Positions 31,435 to 33,736 of a stretch of DNA of 33,736 nt are shown piece by piece (position 1 is the first letter of the stretch; each line of letters starts with the position of its first letter). Origin of the DNA: Bdellovibrionota bacterium (GTDB lineage Bacteria > Bdellovibrionota_C > UBA2361 > JBGSMV01); the NCBI GenBank assembly GCA_041739995.1, contig JBGSMV010000053.1, positions 1 through 33,736 on the forward strand, given 5' to 3'. The notes under the pieces are model-generated. The model worked only from the letters and a program-made list of their open reading frames with translations, searched no databases and was not told the DNA's origin. The translations under genes were made by a program, and so were the position numbers.

Positions 31435-32531
31435 GATGCGCGCACACCTCCAGGGCTTTCTGGGACCGGAATCGCCATACTCTCAATCGGCCATCGGCTT
31501 AAAATCGAAGGGGATAAGTTCCCTAGCTCCCCTCGCAAGGCTCGCATTCCGCCCACATAAGCTATCATCGCAGCATTATCCGTGCAGTATTCAGGTGGCG
31601 GCACTATGACTCTGGCGCGCGGAAGTCTCTCAGTCAGCGCTGTTCTTAAGGCTCGGTTAGCGGCCACTCCTCCAGTCAGCACCAGGGTCGAAAGCTTGCT
31701 GCTCTCAACCGCCTCTTTAGTCTTAAAGCAAATGGCGTCCACAATTGAATCCTGCACTGCGGCTGCAAGCGCGGCGCGATGTCTTTCATCGGCTTCTATA
31801 TCTTTTTGATGGCGCTTCACCAGCAAGGATATGGCGGTTTTAAGTCCGGAAAAACTAAACCCTGCCGACTCACGCATCACCTTAGGTAACTGAGTAAGAT
31901 ACTTTTTGCTCAGTTCAAGATCCGCTTGGGCCGCGAGCTTAGCCAGCTGAGGGCCGCCCGGATACGCAAGGCCAAGCAGACTAGCGCTCTTATCAAAAGC
32001 TTCTCCAGCGGCATCATCCATAGTGCGAGTCAAAAGCTGATAGCTCCCCACGTCTTCGACTCGCAGCAGCTCTGTGTGTCCTCCGGATACCACTAAGGCA
32101 AGATAAGGAAACGACAAATCTGGCTCTGAGAGAAACGCCGACAGCACATGCCCTTCGATATGGTTAATGGGAAGAAGCGGGAGGTTCCGAGTCATCGCAA
32201 TGGCGCGCGCCACTCCGACTCCTATCAGTAGACACCCTTTGAGTCCTGGGCCAGCAGTAACGGCCACATGGGTCACCGATTCCAACCCTACGACGGCCCC
32301 TACCTTCCCTGGGGCAGAACTTACTTTTTGAAACAGCTCCTCAAGTAGCAGGGGGAAACTTCTCAGATGTTCACGTGACGCAAGTTCTGGAACTACTCCA
32401 CCGTACTGCGCATGCAAGTCAATTTGCGAAGCGATTACTTCGCAAACAACCGCAGCCCTTCCTTCGCCGTTGAAGGATACGAGCGCCACCGCCGTTTCGT
32501 CGCAACTGCTTTCGAGTCCAAGAACTAGCAT
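31431..32531 (-). CDS. tsaD: tRNA t6A37 threonylcarbamoyltransferase
   Basis: LGLESSCDETAVA, GGVVPELASREH, HIEGH, VSGGHT, DDAAGEAFDK, CTDNAAMIA. Confidence 0.98.
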   Translation of the reverse strand: MLVLGLESSCDETAVALVSFNGEGRAAVVCEVIASQIDLHAQYGGVVPELASREHLRSFPLLLEELFQKVSSAPGKVGAVVGLESVTHVAVTAGPGLKGCLLIGVGVARAIAMTRNLPLLPINHIEGHVLSAFLSEPDLSFPYLALVVSGGHTELLRVEDVGSYQLLTRTMDDAAGEAFDKSASLLGLAYPGGPQLAKLAAQADLELSKKYLTQLPKVMRESAGFSFSGLKTAISLLVKRHQKDIEADERHRAALAAAVQDSIVDAICFKTKEAVESSKLSTLVLTGGVAANRALRTALTERLPRARVIVPPPEYCTDNAAMIAYVGGMRALRGELGNLSPSILSRWPIESMAIPVPESPGGVRAS

Positions 32532-32593
32532 ATAGTGGTGAACAGAGAGTCTTTGAAAGGCGAGAGCATTTCACTACTCTTCGCCCTACTATC

Positions 32594-33493
32594 CTAAATT
32601 TCTGGCGGCAAGGATTTAAGAAAATGAGCAATCGCCTGCACATCTTGATCTGAGGCGGCCTGGTAAAATCGAATTGGACAGAAATCAGGATCCACCACTC
32701 GGCCCTCCGGTGTGTTTCCCGTTCGCAGATAATGAACTATGTCCTTTTCGCTCCAAGACCCAAGCCCATCAATTTGGTTTGGGCCAATACCAGGTGAAAC
32801 TATTTCTCCTGCCGAAGTTTGAATTTGCCGTCCGCCCTGAAGAAAGTTGCCCTCTTCTGCGACAATAGTCACTGGACCGTTGTGGCAACCCTGACAGCGC
32901 GCCACATGCAGAGTGAGGTATCGCCCATATTCGGTTTTGAATCTCGGCTCAATGGTGGGGATGAATCCCGCCACCTGCGGCGCGCGATCAAAAAACCCAG
33001 TCGTATTTCTATCGATAAACGGAACTTCTCGAGTCGGGACTTCGTTGTCGATTGGCGCCTGTGAGCGCAGGTAGGCGACGATGGCGAGCACATCTTCGTC
33101 TGCCATCCACTCGTAGCCGTTGTGAACTTCGGTTGAGAGCATTTCTCCACCGGGTCGAAGGCTATGGCGAATTGCGGTGACTATTTCATTGGTGGTCCAC
33201 TCGCCGATTCCAGACTTAGAAGGAGTAATATTGGAGGCTTGGACCAGGCCATACTTATCGAGCCAAATCCCGCCGCCGCTCATTGGGCTTGCAGGTTCTG
33301 GCACCAATCCGTGGCAGAAGCTGCAGGCCGCAAGCCCCTCAACCAACACTGCGCCGCGCTGGACGGCCCCTGGGTCAATCGGGCTCACCAGCATATCAGG
33401 CTCAGGACGACGACATCCTGCGGCAAGCATCAGCACGAACATCGATGCGAGCAGCATTTGAGCAACCTGCCGCCATTCTTGAGCAACTTTCAT
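32594..33493 (-). CDS. Diheme cytochrome c lipoprotein
   Basis: Lipobox LAAGC; CSFCH and CQGCH; NITP..GIGEWT and GLGSWS repeats typical of dehydrogenase cytochrome c subunits. Confidence 0.88.
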   Translation of the reverse strand: MKVAQEWRQVAQMLLASMFVLMLAAGCRRPEPDMLVSPIDPGAVQRGAVLVEGLAACSFCHGLVPEPASPMSGGGIWLDKYGLVQASNITPSKSGIGEWTTNEIVTAIRHSLRPGGEMLSTEVHNGYEWMADEDVLAIVAYLRSQAPIDNEVPTREVPFIDRNTTGFFDRAPQVAGFIPTIEPRFKTEYGRYLTLHVARCQGCHNGPVTIVAEEGNFLQGGRQIQTSAGEIVSPGIGPNQIDGLGSWSEKDIVHYLRTGNTPEGRVVDPDFCPIRFYQAASDQDVQAIAHFLKSLPPEI

Positions 33494-33591
33494 ACCGATC
33501 TCCTATAGTACGCCCCCTTAGCCGTTGACAATGCCCGACCCCCTTTCCCTCACTGACCTTGGGAGAAACTTCTCTAGGCGAATACCGAAAA

Positions 33592-33612
33592 GATAGCCCA
33601 GTATGGGCTATC
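33592..33612. promoter_or_regulatory. Perfect 9-3-9 palindrome, candidate operator
   Basis: GATAGCCCA-GTA-TGGGCTATC, about 100 bp upstream of the cytochrome gene. Confidence 0.4.
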
Positions 33613-33736
33613 ATCCACGCATAGAGAGTTCTGAGTACGCATCGTTCCTGACCACTAGAGCCAGGAATAGTGAGCTGTGGTTTGTGAATAACCGAAGGCT
33701 TGAGGAGGCCATACTTGGCTACGTGGCTAAGTACAC

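Noticed and set aside
33702..33736. Start of a + strand gene at the right edge (GAGGAGG then TTG 33715 or GTG 33723)
   Set aside because: Plausible, but too few codons to call.

Overview
A mostly housekeeping bacterial chromosome segment of moderate GC. The gene content (DUF4388, PilT, EpsC-type CysE, GT4/methyltransferase cluster) suggests a deltaproteobacterial/Bdellovibrionota-like organism, but that is inference only. Recognisable core genes are pyrE, cysE, pnp, rpsO, gltX, ligA, argS, rsmA and tsaD. Other genes: an M50 protease, a glutaredoxin-like protein, an LMW-PTP/ArsC-like protein, an FAD oxidoreductase, a collagen-like protein, a GIDE-like membrane protein, a methyltransferase plus 3 GT4 glycan cluster, an HTH_17 protein and a diheme cytochrome c. 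I found no tRNA, rRNA, CRISPR array or transposase. The most striking signal is at the left edge: a pilT gene cut exactly inside its Walker A motif and preceded by an AT-rich segment with repeated motifs. This looks like the end of an element inserted in pilT, whose body would lie outside the window. Secondary oddities are a ~49-aa N-terminal extension on ribosomal protein S15, several palindromic intergenic elements with 9-bp periodicity, and a glycan operon overlapping ligA. All calls come from reading motifs by eye; no searches were run.
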